Origin: an uncultured Christensenella sp.
GTDB lineage: Bacteria; Bacillota; Clostridia; Christensenellales; CAG-917
Reading direction: 5' to 3'
Assembly (NCBI GenBank): GCA_910584155.1
Contig: CAJTYG010000001.1
Location: 29,663-93,662, forward strand
Length of the DNA stretch: 64,000 nt
Under the pieces are notes generated by a model. It was not told the origin of the DNA, ran no database searches, and saw only the letters and a program-made list of their open reading frames with translations. The position numbers and the translations under genes were made by a program. How positions within the stretch are numbered: position 1 is the first letter of the stretch; every line of letters begins with the position of its first letter. Below are positions 9,738 to 22,167 of the stretch, piece by piece.

Positions 9738-10959
9738 TTTTGCTAAATTTAAGCAAATATTGCCAATTTGCACTCGGCTAACCACGATTAAACATATAAA
9801 AACCGCCACCTAAGTGACGGCTTATATTTGAATTATAATCTATTCAGACACCCGATGTACTTATTCAGCATAGACCGGGCCATAGTGACAAGAAACAATG
9901 CTGCTTGACCGGCGTCACGCAAATGTTTGCGCTATGGTCAACAGAATAGATTATGACAATATTATATCCAGCGCTTATCAGACTGTCAACCTTTTAAACT
10001 CAGGTTGTAAATATTTGCATTTGCAGCAATGATAATCAATGTAGTAAATCGCCAGCATTAAATCAATTCATAACGTCAAATAAACGATTGATTCAATGTC
10101 AAAGCTTTATGTTGGCTGTATTTAATATTTGCATAACGGATAAATATTTTGTATTTACGGATATTTCATAAATACAAGCGAAATAGTCCCTGTTTTACGC
10201 TATATTTAAGCAATTTAGGCTTTATATTTGATTGATGCTTGATTTTAACTACGCTATATTTGATTGATATTTGATATTAGCTGCAATAAATTCAGTGCGG
10301 CGCATATGATCAAAATTAGTATTATAGATATGTTGCATTATAAAAATAAATGCGATTATCAATATAGTTAAAATGTGCTACATCCTATAATCGCTTTAAA
10401 ATTATATCAAACCTGAACCGTATTATATTATTTGTAATGCAATCATTATCAACTCTAAATTTAAACATTGTAATTGATATGCTTATCAATTTAAAACTCT
10501 TCCAAATGCGATCGACAGCCGATTTATGCCAAACTTTCATTTTACATATTTTATTGGCAAAGTAAATCATTTCTGCGTTTGTATCTGCAATTTTTATTAT
10601 TGTTGAATTTTGATATTTGCAAATCGTAATTTTGATATATGTTAATTTTTAAATTTCGAATTATTTATATTCGTTAATTATTATGGTTTATATATTTAGT
10701 TTACTTGTAAATCATTTATTCTAATAATTTCTGCTCGATTTCTTATATTTTTTTATGATTTTACTTGTATTTTTGTGCAAAATACTTATGTTTTTTGTGC
10801 GATATCTCGTATCCGTATGTGCAATTACTTACATATATTTATCTGCCGCACAGTGAAAACGGTCATCTGTTTTCGTGATAAGCTGTGCAAAAACCTTTCA
10901 ATTTTTGTGCTTTGTGCTTTTATATTGCTTTACAACCTTAAATAATTTACAAAATGAGG

Positions 10960-10988
10960 TTGATTTTTCTATATATTACTGATATAAT
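10960..10988 (+). promoter_or_regulatory. Putative sigma-A promoter of gyrBA
   Basis: TTGATT, 17 nt, TATAAT, about 60 nt upstream of the gyrB ATG (RBS AGGAGG at 11041-11046). Confidence 0.5.
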
Positions 10989-11014
10989 CTATTTACTTAT
11001 TATATTGTATATAA

Positions 11015-12961
<1,947 letters not shown>

Positions 12962-12972
12962 GAGGAGGATCT

Positions 12973-15534
12973 ATGGCAAACATAAGAGATGATAAAAACA
13001 ACGAATATATACAACATATAGCCAACTCCACCGTCAAAGACATCGAGATAAACGGCGAGCTTAAAAAATCATTTATCTCATACGCAATGGCAGTGAACGT
13101 GTCACGTGCAATTCCCGACGTACGTGACGGCTTAAAGCCCGTGCACAGGCGTATCCTTTACGCTATGAGCGAGCTCGGTCTTACGCCCGACAAGCCTTAC
13201 CGCAAGTGCGCAATGGTCGTCGGTGAAGTTTTGGGTAAATATCACCCGCACGGCGACAGCTCCGTCTACGACGCATTGGTACGTCTTGCGCAGGACTTTT
13301 CCATACGCTGTCCGCTTATCGACGGACACGGCAACTTCGGCTCGGTCGACGGCGACCCCGCCGCCGCATACAGGTACACGGAAGCACGTCTCAGCAAAAT
13401 AGCGCTCGAGATGATACGTGACATCGACAAAAAGACCGTCGACTTCTATCCCAACTTCGACGACACGAGGGAGCAGCCCGTTGTATTGCCCTCTCGTTTC
13501 CCAAATTTGCTTGTAAACGGTTCGGACGGTATTGCGGTCGGCATGGCAACTTCCATTCCGCCTCACAATCTTGGCGAGGTCATAGACGCAACGGTGGCTC
13601 TGCTCAAAAACCCCGACGCTACGGTGGACGAGCTTATGGAATTTATGCCTGCGCCCGATTTCCCCACAGGTGCGCTCATACTCGGCAGAAACACCATAAA
13701 GCAGGCATACCGCACGGGCAGAGGCATGGCGATACTCCGTGCAAAGGCTGAGATAGAGGAAATGGCAAACGGCAAGAGCCGCATTGTCGTCACCGAGATA
13801 CCTTATCAGGTCAACAAAGCTCAGCTCATTGAAAACATCGCCGATCAGGTCAAGGACAAGCGCCTTGAGGGCATTGCGGATCTTAGAGAAGAGACCGACC
13901 GTCACGGCATGCGCATCGTCATAGAGCTCAAAAAGGACGTCAACGCACAGGTGCTGCTCAATCAGCTTTATAAGCAGACTGCAATGCAGACAAACTTCAG
14001 TATGATTATGCTTGCGCTTGTGGACGGCGTGCCTCGCATACTCAACCTCAAGGAAATCCTAAGCTGCTACGTTGCGCACCAAAAGGACGTCATCGTCCGC
14101 CGTACACGCTTCGACCTTGAAAAGGCGATGGAGCGTCAGCATATCCTGCAAGGTCTTCACATTGCGCTTGAAAACATCGACGCTATAGTAGAACTTCTCA
14201 AAAAATCGAGAGACCGTCAAGACGCCATCGTTAAACTCACCGAAAACTATGCGCTGTCCGAAAGACAGGCGGTCGCAATACTCGACATGCGTTTGCAGCG
14301 CCTCACAGGACTCGAAGTGGAAAAGATAAACAGCGAGCTCGAGGACCTCGGAAAGCAGATAGAATATTTCAACTTCATTCTCTCGCACGACGAGGAAGTC
14401 ACGGCTATAGTCATCAAAGAGCTTTCCGACATCAAGTCGCAGTATAACACTCCAAGGCTTTCACAGCTTACGTACGACTACGGCGACATCGACATCGAAG
14501 ATCTTATCGAAAAAGAGGACGTCGTCATCTCTATGACGCACGGCGGCTATATCAAGCGTATCCCCGTGTCCGAGTATAAGGCTCAGCACAGGGGCGGCAT
14601 GGGCGTCACGGCGCATAAGGCAAAGGACGAGGACTTTGTTGAAAAGATATTCACGTCCAACACGCACGAGCTGATAATGTTCTTTACAAACAAGGGCAAG
14701 GTGTTTACGCTCAAGGCGTACGAGATCCCCGAGGCAAGCCGCAACGCAAGAGGCAGGGCGGCGGTCAATCTGCTGCAATTAGAGCAGGGCGAAAAGATAC
14801 AGGCATTCCTGAAGGTGCCCGAGGACAGAGAAAACAAGTTCCTTATGCTTGCTACAAAGCAGGGGCTTATCAAAAAAACTCCGCTTGAGGAATTTGATTC
14901 TATCAAGCGCAACGGCAAGATAGCCATCAAGTTCAACGATGACGACGAGCTCATCGACGCCGTGATAACCGACGGCAACTGCGAGCTTATCGTTGCCTCC
15001 AGCACGGGCATGAGCATTCACTTCCACGAGAAGGTCGTGCGTGCTATGGGCAGGACGGCAATGGGCGTCAAGGCAATGAACATACCCGAGGGCGCAAGCC
15101 TCGTGACATTCACGGCGGTCAACGACGGCGACGAGATTTTGACGGTCACCTCAAACGGCTACGGGAAACGCAGCGACGTGTCCGAGTATCCGTTGCAGGG
15201 CAGAGCAGGCAAGGGCGTGCGTGCAGGTGTATTCAACGACCGCACAGGCTCGCTTGTATGCCTCAAGGTCATTCCCGCAGACACGGACGTGATGATGATA
15301 ACCGACACGGGCGTCATCATAAGAGTACAAGCCGACGAGATAAGCAAGATAAGCAGAAATACGCAGGGCGTGCGCATTATGAAGCTTAAGGACAGCAACA
15401 TCAACGTAATGGCGATAGCGCTCACGCCTCACGAGGATGAGGAAGTTGAAGAGGGCGAGCAAGCTTTAGCAGAGGGCGGCGAAAACGTCGAAACAGAAGC
15501 CGTCGGCGAGACGACCGAGACGTCTGAAGAATAA
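12973..15534 (+). CDS. gyrA: DNA gyrase subunit A
   Basis: [36 protein letters not shown] and [11 protein letters not shown] (active-site Tyr region). Has an acidic C-terminal tail and a GAGGAGG RBS. Confidence 0.97.
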   Translation: MANIRDDKNNEYIQHIANSTVKDIEINGELKKSFISYAMAVNVSRAIPDVRDGLKPVHRRILYAMSELGLTPDKPYRKCAMVVGEVLGKYHPHGDSSVYDALVRLAQDFSIRCPLIDGHGNFGSVDGDPAAAYRYTEARLSKIALEMIRDIDKKTVDFYPNFDDTREQPVVLPSRFPNLLVNGSDGIAVGMATSIPPHNLGEVIDATVALLKNPDATVDELMEFMPAPDFPTGALILGRNTIKQAYRTGRGMAILRAKAEIEEMANGKSRIVVTEIPYQVNKAQLIENIADQVKDKRLEGIADLREETDRHGMRIVIELKKDVNAQVLLNQLYKQTAMQTNFSMIMLALVDGVPRILNLKEILSCYVAHQKDVIVRRTRFDLEKAMERQHILQGLHIALENIDAIVELLKKSRDRQDAIVKLTENYALSERQAVAILDMRLQRLTGLEVEKINSELEDLGKQIEYFNFILSHDEEVTAIVIKELSDIKSQYNTPRLSQLTYDYGDIDIEDLIEKEDVVISMTHGGYIKRIPVSEYKAQHRGGMGVTAHKAKDEDFVEKIFTSNTHELIMFFTNKGKVFTLKAYEIPEASRNARGRAAVNLLQLEQGEKIQAFLKVPEDRENKFLMLATKQGLIKKTPLEEFDSIKRNGKIAIKFNDDDELIDAVITDGNCELIVASSTGMSIHFHEKVVRAMGRTAMGVKAMNIPEGASLVTFTAVNDGDEILTVTSNGYGKRSDVSEYPLQGRAGKGVRAGVFNDRTGSLVCLKVIPADTDVMMITDTGVIIRVQADEISKISRNTQGVRIMKLKDSNINVMAIALTPHEDEEVEEGEQALAEGGENVETEAVGETTETSEE

Positions 15535-15560
15535 GCTTAAAGCTAAAAAAATTAAACTTA

Positions 15561-15589
15561 CAGCGCACCGAAATCGGTGCGCTGTTTTC
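15561..15589. terminator. Rho-independent terminator after gyrA
   Basis: cagcgcaccg-aaat-cggtgcgctg followed by tttt. Confidence 0.8.
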
Positions 15590-15672
15590 ATTTGTATTGC
15601 TTATTATAATAACAAAAACAGACGTTTATATGCGTAATATTGATATATAAAATATCTGTTTTACCGTTTCGT

Positions 15673-16395
15673 TTATTTCTTTATCGGCGGCAACGGGGCG
15701 GTTTTCCCTGTGACGCCCGCAAGCACGGCGGGCAGTATTTTTTCATATTTGCTAAGCCCCTTGCGCACCACCTCTTCAAAGCTGACGGGGGCGCCGTCGT
15801 CAGCCCTGTCGGAAACGACCTTTATTGAAAGCAGCGGGATAGAGTTACGCATACACGCAATGGCAAGTCCAGCAAGCTCCATTTCGCATATATCGCAGCC
15901 AAATTCTTCGGCAAGCCTCTTCTTCTGCGCCGAGCTTGCCACAAACACGTCGCCGCTTGCAACGGCAACTCTTTTCATATCCTTGCCTATCGCCGAAAGC
16001 ACACGGTCTATCAGCGAGCCGTCCAAATAAAAATAGATATCGTCGCTGTCGATATACTGTCCCACTCTCGTGCCGTCCAGAAGCGACGTATCAAACTGAT
16101 AGTGACAAACTCTGTCTGCAATGACAAGCTCGCCTACGGCTATATTTGCCTTAAGCGTGCCGACAAAGCCGAAATTTAACAGCACCTCGATGTCAAACAG
16201 ATCCACCAACAACTGCGCCGTCGTTGCGGCGTTTATCTCGCCGACGCCGCAGGTCGCAAGATACAGCGTATCGTCTGCAAGCTCTATCTTGCGCACAAGT
16301 GCGCCGTGTATTTTGCTCTGTGCAGTCACATTGCCCAGCTTTTGATATATGGGCAGCATTTCTTCCGCCATAGCGGTTATGATCCCTATTCTCAT
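15673..16395 (-). CDS. mtnN: 5'-methylthioadenosine/S-adenosylhomocysteine nucleosidase family (PNP_UDP_1)
   Basis: MRIGIITAMAEEMLPI N-terminus and EMELAGLA / VVSD C-terminal motifs are typical of Pfs/MtnN. Confidence 0.75.
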   Translation of the reverse strand: MRIGIITAMAEEMLPIYQKLGNVTAQSKIHGALVRKIELADDTLYLATCGVGEINAATTAQLLVDLFDIEVLLNFGFVGTLKANIAVGELVIADRVCHYQFDTSLLDGTRVGQYIDSDDIYFYLDGSLIDRVLSAIGKDMKRVAVASGDVFVASSAQKKRLAEEFGCDICEMELAGLAIACMRNSIPLLSIKVVSDRADDGAPVSFEEVVRKGLSKYEKILPAVLAGVTGKTAPLPPIKK

Positions 16396-16496
16396 AAAAA
16401 GCGCTCCTTACAGTTTTTTACAGGGATATTATAGCACCGCAGTTTTGAGATTTCAATATGCTTGCAATATCTCTCAATAACTGATAAAATCAAAAT

Positions 16497-17189
16497 ATGC
16501 AAAATACGGAAGCTTTAAAAAACTATCTGTCCCAAATAGGGTGCGAGCTAGCAGACGAAAAGATCGCCTGTCTTTTAAGCTTCTGCGACAGGGTGCTCGA
16601 AGCCAACAAAAGCTTCAACCTCACCGCTATCACCGACTATACCGATTTTTTGATAAAGCACGTCACGGATTCGCTTTTGGGCGCAAGCGAAATTCCGCAA
16701 AACGCATTGGTTTGCGACATAGGCTCGGGAGCAGGCTTTCCCGCAATGCCTTTGGCTATCGCACGAGATGATATAACCGTCACCGCACTCGATTCCACCG
16801 CCAAAAAGATGACCTTTGTGGCGGAAAGCGCACGTTCTCTCGGCATAAAAAACATAAAGACGGTCGCAGGCAGGGCGGAGGATCAAAAAAAACTGTTTTG
16901 CAGCTTTGACGTGGTTACCGCCCGTGCGGTCTCATCGCTGCCCATATTGCTTGAGCTCGCCATGCCGCTGCTTAAGGTAGGCGGTCTTGCAGTATTTTAC
17001 AAAACCGACGAAAGCGAGCTTGCAGGCGTTTCAAACGCTCTCAAAACGCTAAAGGCAGAACATATCGGCACAAAGCTTACAGCCCTGCCAAACGGCGACA
17101 AAAGGGCGATACTCACCTTCAAAAAGCTTGCGCCTACGCCGCCGCAATATCCCCGTCAATACGGCACGATAAAGAAAAAGCCTCTCTAA
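16497..17189 (+). CDS. rsmG: 16S rRNA (guanine527-N7)-methyltransferase RsmG (GidB)
   Basis: FNLTAITDYTDFLIKHVTDSL and DIGSGAGFPAMPLAI (SAM-binding) motifs, about 230 aa. Confidence 0.88.
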   Translation: MQNTEALKNYLSQIGCELADEKIACLLSFCDRVLEANKSFNLTAITDYTDFLIKHVTDSLLGASEIPQNALVCDIGSGAGFPAMPLAIARDDITVTALDSTAKKMTFVAESARSLGIKNIKTVAGRAEDQKKLFCSFDVVTARAVSSLPILLELAMPLLKVGGLAVFYKTDESELAGVSNALKTLKAEHIGTKLTALPNGDKRAILTFKKLAPTPPQYPRQYGTIKKKPL

Positions 17190-17230
17190 AGAGGCTTTTT
17201 GTTTGATTTGTTTAAGTCGTTATGGTCATT

Positions 17231-18682
17231 CTAAAAATCTGAAGCGGTGATATAAAATCGTCCCTTTTCCGCACCGCTCAGCTTTTCCACTTTTATATAG
17301 TAGGTATGAGGTCCTGCGGTATAATCTGCGCCCATCAGCTTAAACGGCTGGGCAAAAAACAGTATTCCGTCCTTTGTCACCTGCCTGTCCTGCGGGTTGC
17401 CCCAATCAGATCTTATGATGGGCTCAAAATTCCAATACTCATATATTACGCCGTATGAAAATCTGTCATAGCAGATATCAAATCTTTTATACTGCTGATG
17501 CGTTACGTTTAGCTTGTAATATTTAAACCTCGTATCGTCGTCAAAGCCGAATTCATACACTTTGTCAAGCTCTATTTCCTCAATTTCATCCTGTATGGCT
17601 ATGCGGTGAGTTGAACCCGGTACTCCCCAGTCCTCAATAGAAATACTTTCATCGCTCGGATTTCTGATAATAAGTATGTTGGCAAAGCCTTCGTATATGT
17701 GATATTCACAGGGCTGAAGCACGGCTTCAAACACCTTTCTCGAGCCCGTACTTTCCTTGTCGTCCGCACGCCAGATTGTTTCGTACTCACGCTTGCCCGT
17801 TCTGTCTATATACTTCAGCTTTACAAGTCTGTCAAATTCCAAAGCTTCGGCAGACCTCTTTGAATTGTCGGGATTCATAATGTATCTTACGGGCGTCATC
17901 TCAGTGGCGTTGAGCGCTATTGCAAATTCGGAATGCGGTGCAATGGATATTTCATTAAAGTTATCCTGCATTTTTACGCTTACCCGTTGAAAACTGTCTG
18001 CGCCATAAATTTTTATTCTCACCTCGTCGCCGACGTTTAACCATTTCTTTAAATTTAACTCTCGCCATCTGTTGCCGTTGTCATCCTCTTTAATGGGCGG
18101 ATATGTGTATTCCGAATCATTGATATACAGTTTTGACGCTTCAAGCATTCGTATATCAAAATAATATATGCTGTTAAATTCCGCCGTAAATTTGTAGTAT
18201 GCATTTACTCCTCTTTCGTCAAATATGGGGCAGTAAATATCGCTGCCAAGGCTTCCGTCAAAGCCGGCGCTGTTGCCTACAAAATCCATTTCCTGATAAA
18301 CAGGCTCGGGCTGCTGCGGAGCGGGGGCGGGCGTTTTGTTTATCGCCTTTGGTATATACACGCTCATCAGAGTGACCGCAACTATCAAAACTATCACAAC
18401 AGGCGCAATTATCGCTATCAGCGTGCGCACGGACGGCTTTTTCACGACCTCTCTTTCCACTATTTCCACACGTGGCTCGGGTTCTCTGCCCGTAAGCAGC
18501 TCGTCTACGGTCACGTCGATTATCTCGGCGAGTGCGGATAAAATGGAAACGTCGGGCATACCTTTGCCCGTTTCCCATTTGGATACTGTCTGCTTTGTCA
18601 CGTGAAGCTGCTTTGCAAGCTGCGCCTGCGACAAACCTTTTTCCTTGCGTTTTTCAATGAGAATTGTTTTAAAATCTTTCAT
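17231..18682 (-). CDS. Membrane-anchored XRE-family HTH protein with a large extracytoplasmic domain
   Basis: The N-terminus KGLSQAQLAKQLHVTKQTVSKWETGKGMPDVSILSALAEIIDVTVDELL is an HTH_3 domain. It is followed by one TM helix (LIAIIAPVVIVLIVAVTLMSVYI) and then about 370 aa with no recognisable motif. Confidence 0.7.
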   Translation of the reverse strand: MKDFKTILIEKRKEKGLSQAQLAKQLHVTKQTVSKWETGKGMPDVSILSALAEIIDVTVDELLTGREPEPRVEIVEREVVKKPSVRTLIAIIAPVVIVLIVAVTLMSVYIPKAINKTPAPAPQQPEPVYQEMDFVGNSAGFDGSLGSDIYCPIFDERGVNAYYKFTAEFNSIYYFDIRMLEASKLYINDSEYTYPPIKEDDNGNRWRELNLKKWLNVGDEVRIKIYGADSFQRVSVKMQDNFNEISIAPHSEFAIALNATEMTPVRYIMNPDNSKRSAEALEFDRLVKLKYIDRTGKREYETIWRADDKESTGSRKVFEAVLQPCEYHIYEGFANILIIRNPSDESISIEDWGVPGSTHRIAIQDEIEEIELDKVYEFGFDDDTRFKYYKLNVTHQQYKRFDICYDRFSYGVIYEYWNFEPIIRSDWGNPQDRQVTKDGILFFAQPFKLMGADYTAGPHTYYIKVEKLSGAEKGRFYITASDF

Positions 18683-18923
18683 CTTTTCCTCTCTCGATAC
18701 ATTATATAGATTTTACCCGTGTTTTTCAATGACAAAACGCATTTTACGCCGTCAACGCTCGGTTGACGCATATATTTTACAGTATTTATCCGATATATCT
18801 TACATAGCGCACCCAAAGCTTGCTACTCAGGCGATTTTGCCGACAAATAAATTGCGCATATAAAGTTGGTGCAAATATCCGTTTTGTCTTGAAAAATTTT
18901 TTCGGTTGTGTTACTATCTTTTT

Positions 18924-19691
18924 ATGGCTCGAATAATATCCTTTTCAAATCAAAAGGGCGGAGTGGGCAAAACCACGTCCTGCGTAAACTTAGCTACCTG
19001 CCTTGCTATGAGAGGCAAGCGTGTGCTTATTGTCGATTTTGACGCACAGTGCAATGCGTCAAGCGCTCTGGGCGAGTTTGACAAGCAGCCGCAAAAATCC
19101 GTATACGACGTTATATGCAGCGACCTGCCCGCAAGCGAGGCAGTGCGCAAATCGGAAATAGAAAATCTTGCTTTCATTCCGTCGTCCTGCGATCTCGCAG
19201 GAGCGGAGCTCGAGCTTTCGCAAATAGTCATCGGCAGAGAACGGGTTTTGCAGGAAAAGCTTTCCGAGATAGAGGACGGCTACGATTTTATCTTTATCGA
19301 CTGTCCGCCGTCGCTCGGGCTGCTCACGGTCAATGCGCTCACTGCGTCAAACGGCGTGCTTATCCCCATACAGAGCGAGTATTATGCGCTCGAGGGCTTA
19401 AGCCAGATGATGAACACCATTAAGCTCGTCAAAAAGTTTTTAAACAAGGACTTAGAGGTGGACGGCGTGCTGCTCACTATGTTTGACAGCCGCTCAAAGC
19501 TTTCACGGGGCGTACTCGAAGAAATATCAAAGGTATTCGGCGATAAAGTATTCGATACAAAAATACCCCGCAATATCAGGCTTGCCGAGGCGCCAAGCTA
19601 TGGCAAACCCGTTATGTTATACGACAAAAAATGCACGGGCGCACTCGCTTACGAAGCCCTTGCGGACGAATTTTCGGCAAAAATAAATTGA
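18924..19691 (+). CDS. parA: Chromosome partitioning ATPase ParA/Soj
   Basis: ARIISFSNQKGGVGKTTS is the deviant Walker A, followed by DCPPSLG. parB is directly downstream. Start placed at ATG 18924. Confidence 0.93.
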   Translation: MARIISFSNQKGGVGKTTSCVNLATCLAMRGKRVLIVDFDAQCNASSALGEFDKQPQKSVYDVICSDLPASEAVRKSEIENLAFIPSSCDLAGAELELSQIVIGRERVLQEKLSEIEDGYDFIFIDCPPSLGLLTVNALTASNGVLIPIQSEYYALEGLSQMMNTIKLVKKFLNKDLEVDGVLLTMFDSRSKLSRGVLEEISKVFGDKVFDTKIPRNIRLAEAPSYGKPVMLYDKKCTGALAYEALADEFSAKIN

Positions 19692-19699
19692 GGTGAATT

Positions 19700-20626
19700 A
19701 TGGCAAGCAGCAAAGGCGGATTAGGCGGAAAGGGTATGAGCGCTCTTTTCAGAGACAACACCCAAAACGTGAGGGTGGAAATTGACGGCGGACTGACCAC
19801 GCAGGAGATCGACATACATCTTATCGACCGCAACCCCTCGCAGCCACGTAAATCGTTTGACGAAGAAGCGCTTAAATCAATGGCGGCTTCCATTTCGATG
19901 TACGGCGTGCTGCAGCCCATACTGCTCGTAAAAAGCGAGGGCGGCAGATACCTTATCATCGCAGGCGAACGCCGTTTCAGAGCAAGCCTGCTCGCAGGGC
20001 TCAAAACTATCCCTGCAATAATAAAAGAGCTTTCACCGCAGGAAATACAGGAAATCTCGCTTATAGAAAACCTGCACCGTGAAAACCTCAACGCTATCGA
20101 AGCCGCCGAGGGCATAAAAGAGCTTATGGAAAATCACGGGCTCACGCAGGAAGAGGTCGCCGTGCGCATAGGCAAATCCCGCCCGTACGTCACAAATACG
20201 CTGCGCCTGCTCCAACTGCCCGACGAAGTTATGGAAATGGTCAAAGAGGGCAAGCTTTCACCCGGACATGCCCGCACAATTCTCACCGTCGACAACAAGG
20301 AAAAGCTCATCGAATTTGCAAAGCTCGCCTGCGACGAGGATATTTCCGTGCGTGATTTGGAGCGCATCGTGCAAAACTACTTTGCGGACAGCTCGCAACA
20401 GGAAAAGCAAACCAAGCGCAAAGCAAAAGAGCCGCTACCTATCGAGCTCAAAGCGTTTGTCAGCGATATGAAACGCCTCTTTGCAACCAAAGTAAAGCTT
20501 GTGCGCAACGGCTCGAGAGGCCGCATAACGATAGATTACTTCAGTGACGACGACCTTGAGCGTATCCACGCAATAATGCAGCTGCTTCAAATCTACAACA
20601 ATCAAAACAACAATAAACCAAACTAA
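19700..20626 (+). CDS. parB: Chromosome partitioning protein ParB/Spo0J
   Basis: NPSQPRKSFDEEALKSMAASISMYGVLQPILL, IIAGERRFRAS (the GERR arginine patch) and LTQEEVAVRIGKSRPYVTNTLRLLQLP (HTH). GAGGTG RBS. Confidence 0.95.
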   Translation: MASSKGGLGGKGMSALFRDNTQNVRVEIDGGLTTQEIDIHLIDRNPSQPRKSFDEEALKSMAASISMYGVLQPILLVKSEGGRYLIIAGERRFRASLLAGLKTIPAIIKELSPQEIQEISLIENLHRENLNAIEAAEGIKELMENHGLTQEEVAVRIGKSRPYVTNTLRLLQLPDEVMEMVKEGKLSPGHARTILTVDNKEKLIEFAKLACDEDISVRDLERIVQNYFADSSQQEKQTKRKAKEPLPIELKAFVSDMKRLFATKVKLVRNGSRGRITIDYFSDDDLERIHAIMQLLQIYNNQNNNKPN

Positions 20627-20633
20627 ACAATAC

Positions 20634-20655
20634 AGCCCCTGAAAAGGGGCTTTTT
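20634..20655 (+). terminator. Rho-independent terminator after parB
   Basis: agcccct-gaaa-aggggct followed by tttt. Confidence 0.8.
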
Positions 20656-20673
20656 ATAAGGAAGGATATTTAA

Positions 20674-21516
20674 ATGCAGTGCGTATATTGTGGTTCTCAA
20701 AATATTGAAAGTGACAATCAAAACGATATTTTTATTTGTAATAAGTGCCACAAATCTTATAAAAAAGAATACTTTTTTATATCACACTCGCACAAAGATA
20801 TAGAAAAGGTAAGGATAGTACGCAACACAATAGAAGAAAGTTTTTATAATGAACCAATACTTTTCTTTTTGAAATGCCTTGAAGATGACAATGAGATTAC
20901 TTCGCTTTTAAAACGAGAAATAGACGCTCGCCGATGGTTTATTTATTGTAACAGTAAAAACGCAGACGCCTCAAAATACGTACAAGAAGAGCGTAAATAT
21001 GTACAAAGTTTAATAGATAAGGGGATAAACAAAAATATAGTTACTATAGATTTAGATAAATTTTCTTTGGATAAACCCGATGAAATTAAAAAATTTACAT
21101 TGCGGCAACTTAAAAAACGTTTTGCTTTTATCTCATATAACCAAACTGATATTCAATATGCAAACCAAATTTATAATGACCTTACAAATATTGGATGTAA
21201 TACTTATTGTATTGCCTGTCATAATTATGATATTGAAAACGATTTTGGTTTACATATTAACAACACAATACAAAATATCGCAAAAAACAATGGATATTTT
21301 ATTATTTTACTATCAAAAAAATCTTTATCAAACAATTTTGTTAAATATGAATATGACCTTGCTGTAAAAAATAACTGCATCATTTTACCTGTACTGATTG
21401 ATTTATCATTTAATGATGAGGAATTGATGACAAAATTTCCCATATTTCAAAATACAACAATGCTGAAATACACGGATAATTTTGCAAATGAATTTTTAAA
21501 ATTTAATCCAATATAA
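20674..21516 (+). CDS. Zinc-ribbon + tandem TIR-like domain protein
   Basis: The N-terminus CVYCGSQN...CNKCH is a zinc ribbon. It is followed by FFISHSHKDIEKVR and a second FAFISYNQTDIQYANQIYNDL...YFIILLSKKSL, both matching the TIR beta-A/alpha-A (F-I-S-[YH]-x-x-x-D) and beta-D patterns. Lies in a strongly AT-rich island. Confidence 0.6.
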   Translation: MQCVYCGSQNIESDNQNDIFICNKCHKSYKKEYFFISHSHKDIEKVRIVRNTIEESFYNEPILFFLKCLEDDNEITSLLKREIDARRWFIYCNSKNADASKYVQEERKYVQSLIDKGINKNIVTIDLDKFSLDKPDEIKKFTLRQLKKRFAFISYNQTDIQYANQIYNDLTNIGCNTYCIACHNYDIENDFGLHINNTIQNIAKNNGYFIILLSKKSLSNNFVKYEYDLAVKNNCIILPVLIDLSFNDEELMTKFPIFQNTTMLKYTDNFANEFLKFNPI

Positions 21517-21558
21517 TACTTTATCTATACAAAATTGAATAATAAACCTCTTATTTTA

Positions 21559-21807
21559 TTATTTAACATCTTTCTTATATATATCTACAATATCTCGCAA
21601 ACATTTCTCAACGTAATCAAAGCGTTCGGGTGAAAAATCATATTCTATAACTTTTCTCTGCCACTGCTCGCAACTGTCGTTAAGCTTTATAAGCTTGTTG
21701 CACTTTACGCAAACAAACCTTTGCATTTTCCAAAATTTAATAATCTGCCTATAAAGTCGCTCGCAATACTGACAGTTTTTACACTTTTTTATTTTGATCG
21801 TTCTCAT
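21559..21807 (-). CDS. Small Cys-rich protein, family member 2 (unknown function)
   Basis: CKNC-x..-CVKC-x9-CEQW followed by a helical tail. Paralogous pattern to 21779-22060 and 44280-44549. Overlaps the upstream paralog by 29 nt. Confidence 0.5.
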   Translation of the reverse strand: MRTIKIKKCKNCQYCERLYRQIIKFWKMQRFVCVKCNKLIKLNDSCEQWQRKVIEYDFSPERFDYVEKCLRDIVDIYKKDVK

Positions 21808-22060
21808 ATTCCAATATCTGCCTTATAGTACAAATTTCCTTTAAAACCTCGTTTACCCAATATTCCACAGGCAATCCGTTTATGCGAGGATATTGCTTTA
21901 ATATATAATTGCCACAGCTTTCGTCGGCAGTGCATTGACAGTGTTTTCTTAAACAATATCCAAATTGAGTTTCTATAAAATTTCTATCACCTCTTGTGTA
22001 ATACACATTGAAATGTGCACACGTACAGCATTTGTTTTTTGATAATATTCTATCTTCCAT
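21779..22060 (-). CDS. Small Cys-rich protein, family member 1 (unknown function)
   Basis: CCTCAHF...GYCLRKHCQCTADESCGNY followed by a helical tail. First gene of a two-gene minus-strand unit divergent from an XRE gene. Confidence 0.5.
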   Translation of the reverse strand: MEDRILSKNKCCTCAHFNVYYTRGDRNFIETQFGYCLRKHCQCTADESCGNYILKQYPRINGLPVEYWVNEVLKEICTIRQILEYENDQNKKV

Positions 22061-22072
22061 AGCAACCTCAAT

Positions 22073-22088
22073 TACTCACATATGAGTA
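22073..22088. promoter_or_regulatory. Palindromic operator candidate
   Basis: TACTCA-CATA-TGAGTA in the divergent promoter region between the Cys-rich genes and the XRE gene. Confidence 0.45.
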
Positions 22089-22128
22089 TATATTAAAAAT
22101 ACCACACAAATGTGAGTAAATCAATTAT

Positions 22129-22148
22129 TTAACACATATTTGTGTTAA
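22129..22148. promoter_or_regulatory. Palindromic operator candidate
   Basis: TTAACACA-TATT-TGTGTTAA, a perfect 8+4+8 palindrome 20 nt upstream of the XRE ATG. A related half-site, cacaaatgtgagta, lies at about 22104-22117. Confidence 0.5.
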
Positions 22149-22167
22149 ATTTTTATAAGGAACTATT

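Noticed and set aside
9595-10570. 72-aa (9595-9813) and 61-aa (10385-10570) ORFs in the large intergenic region
   Set aside because: They have no RBS and odd composition. One spans a parS site, and such ORFs are expected by chance in 2.2 kb of AT-rich DNA.
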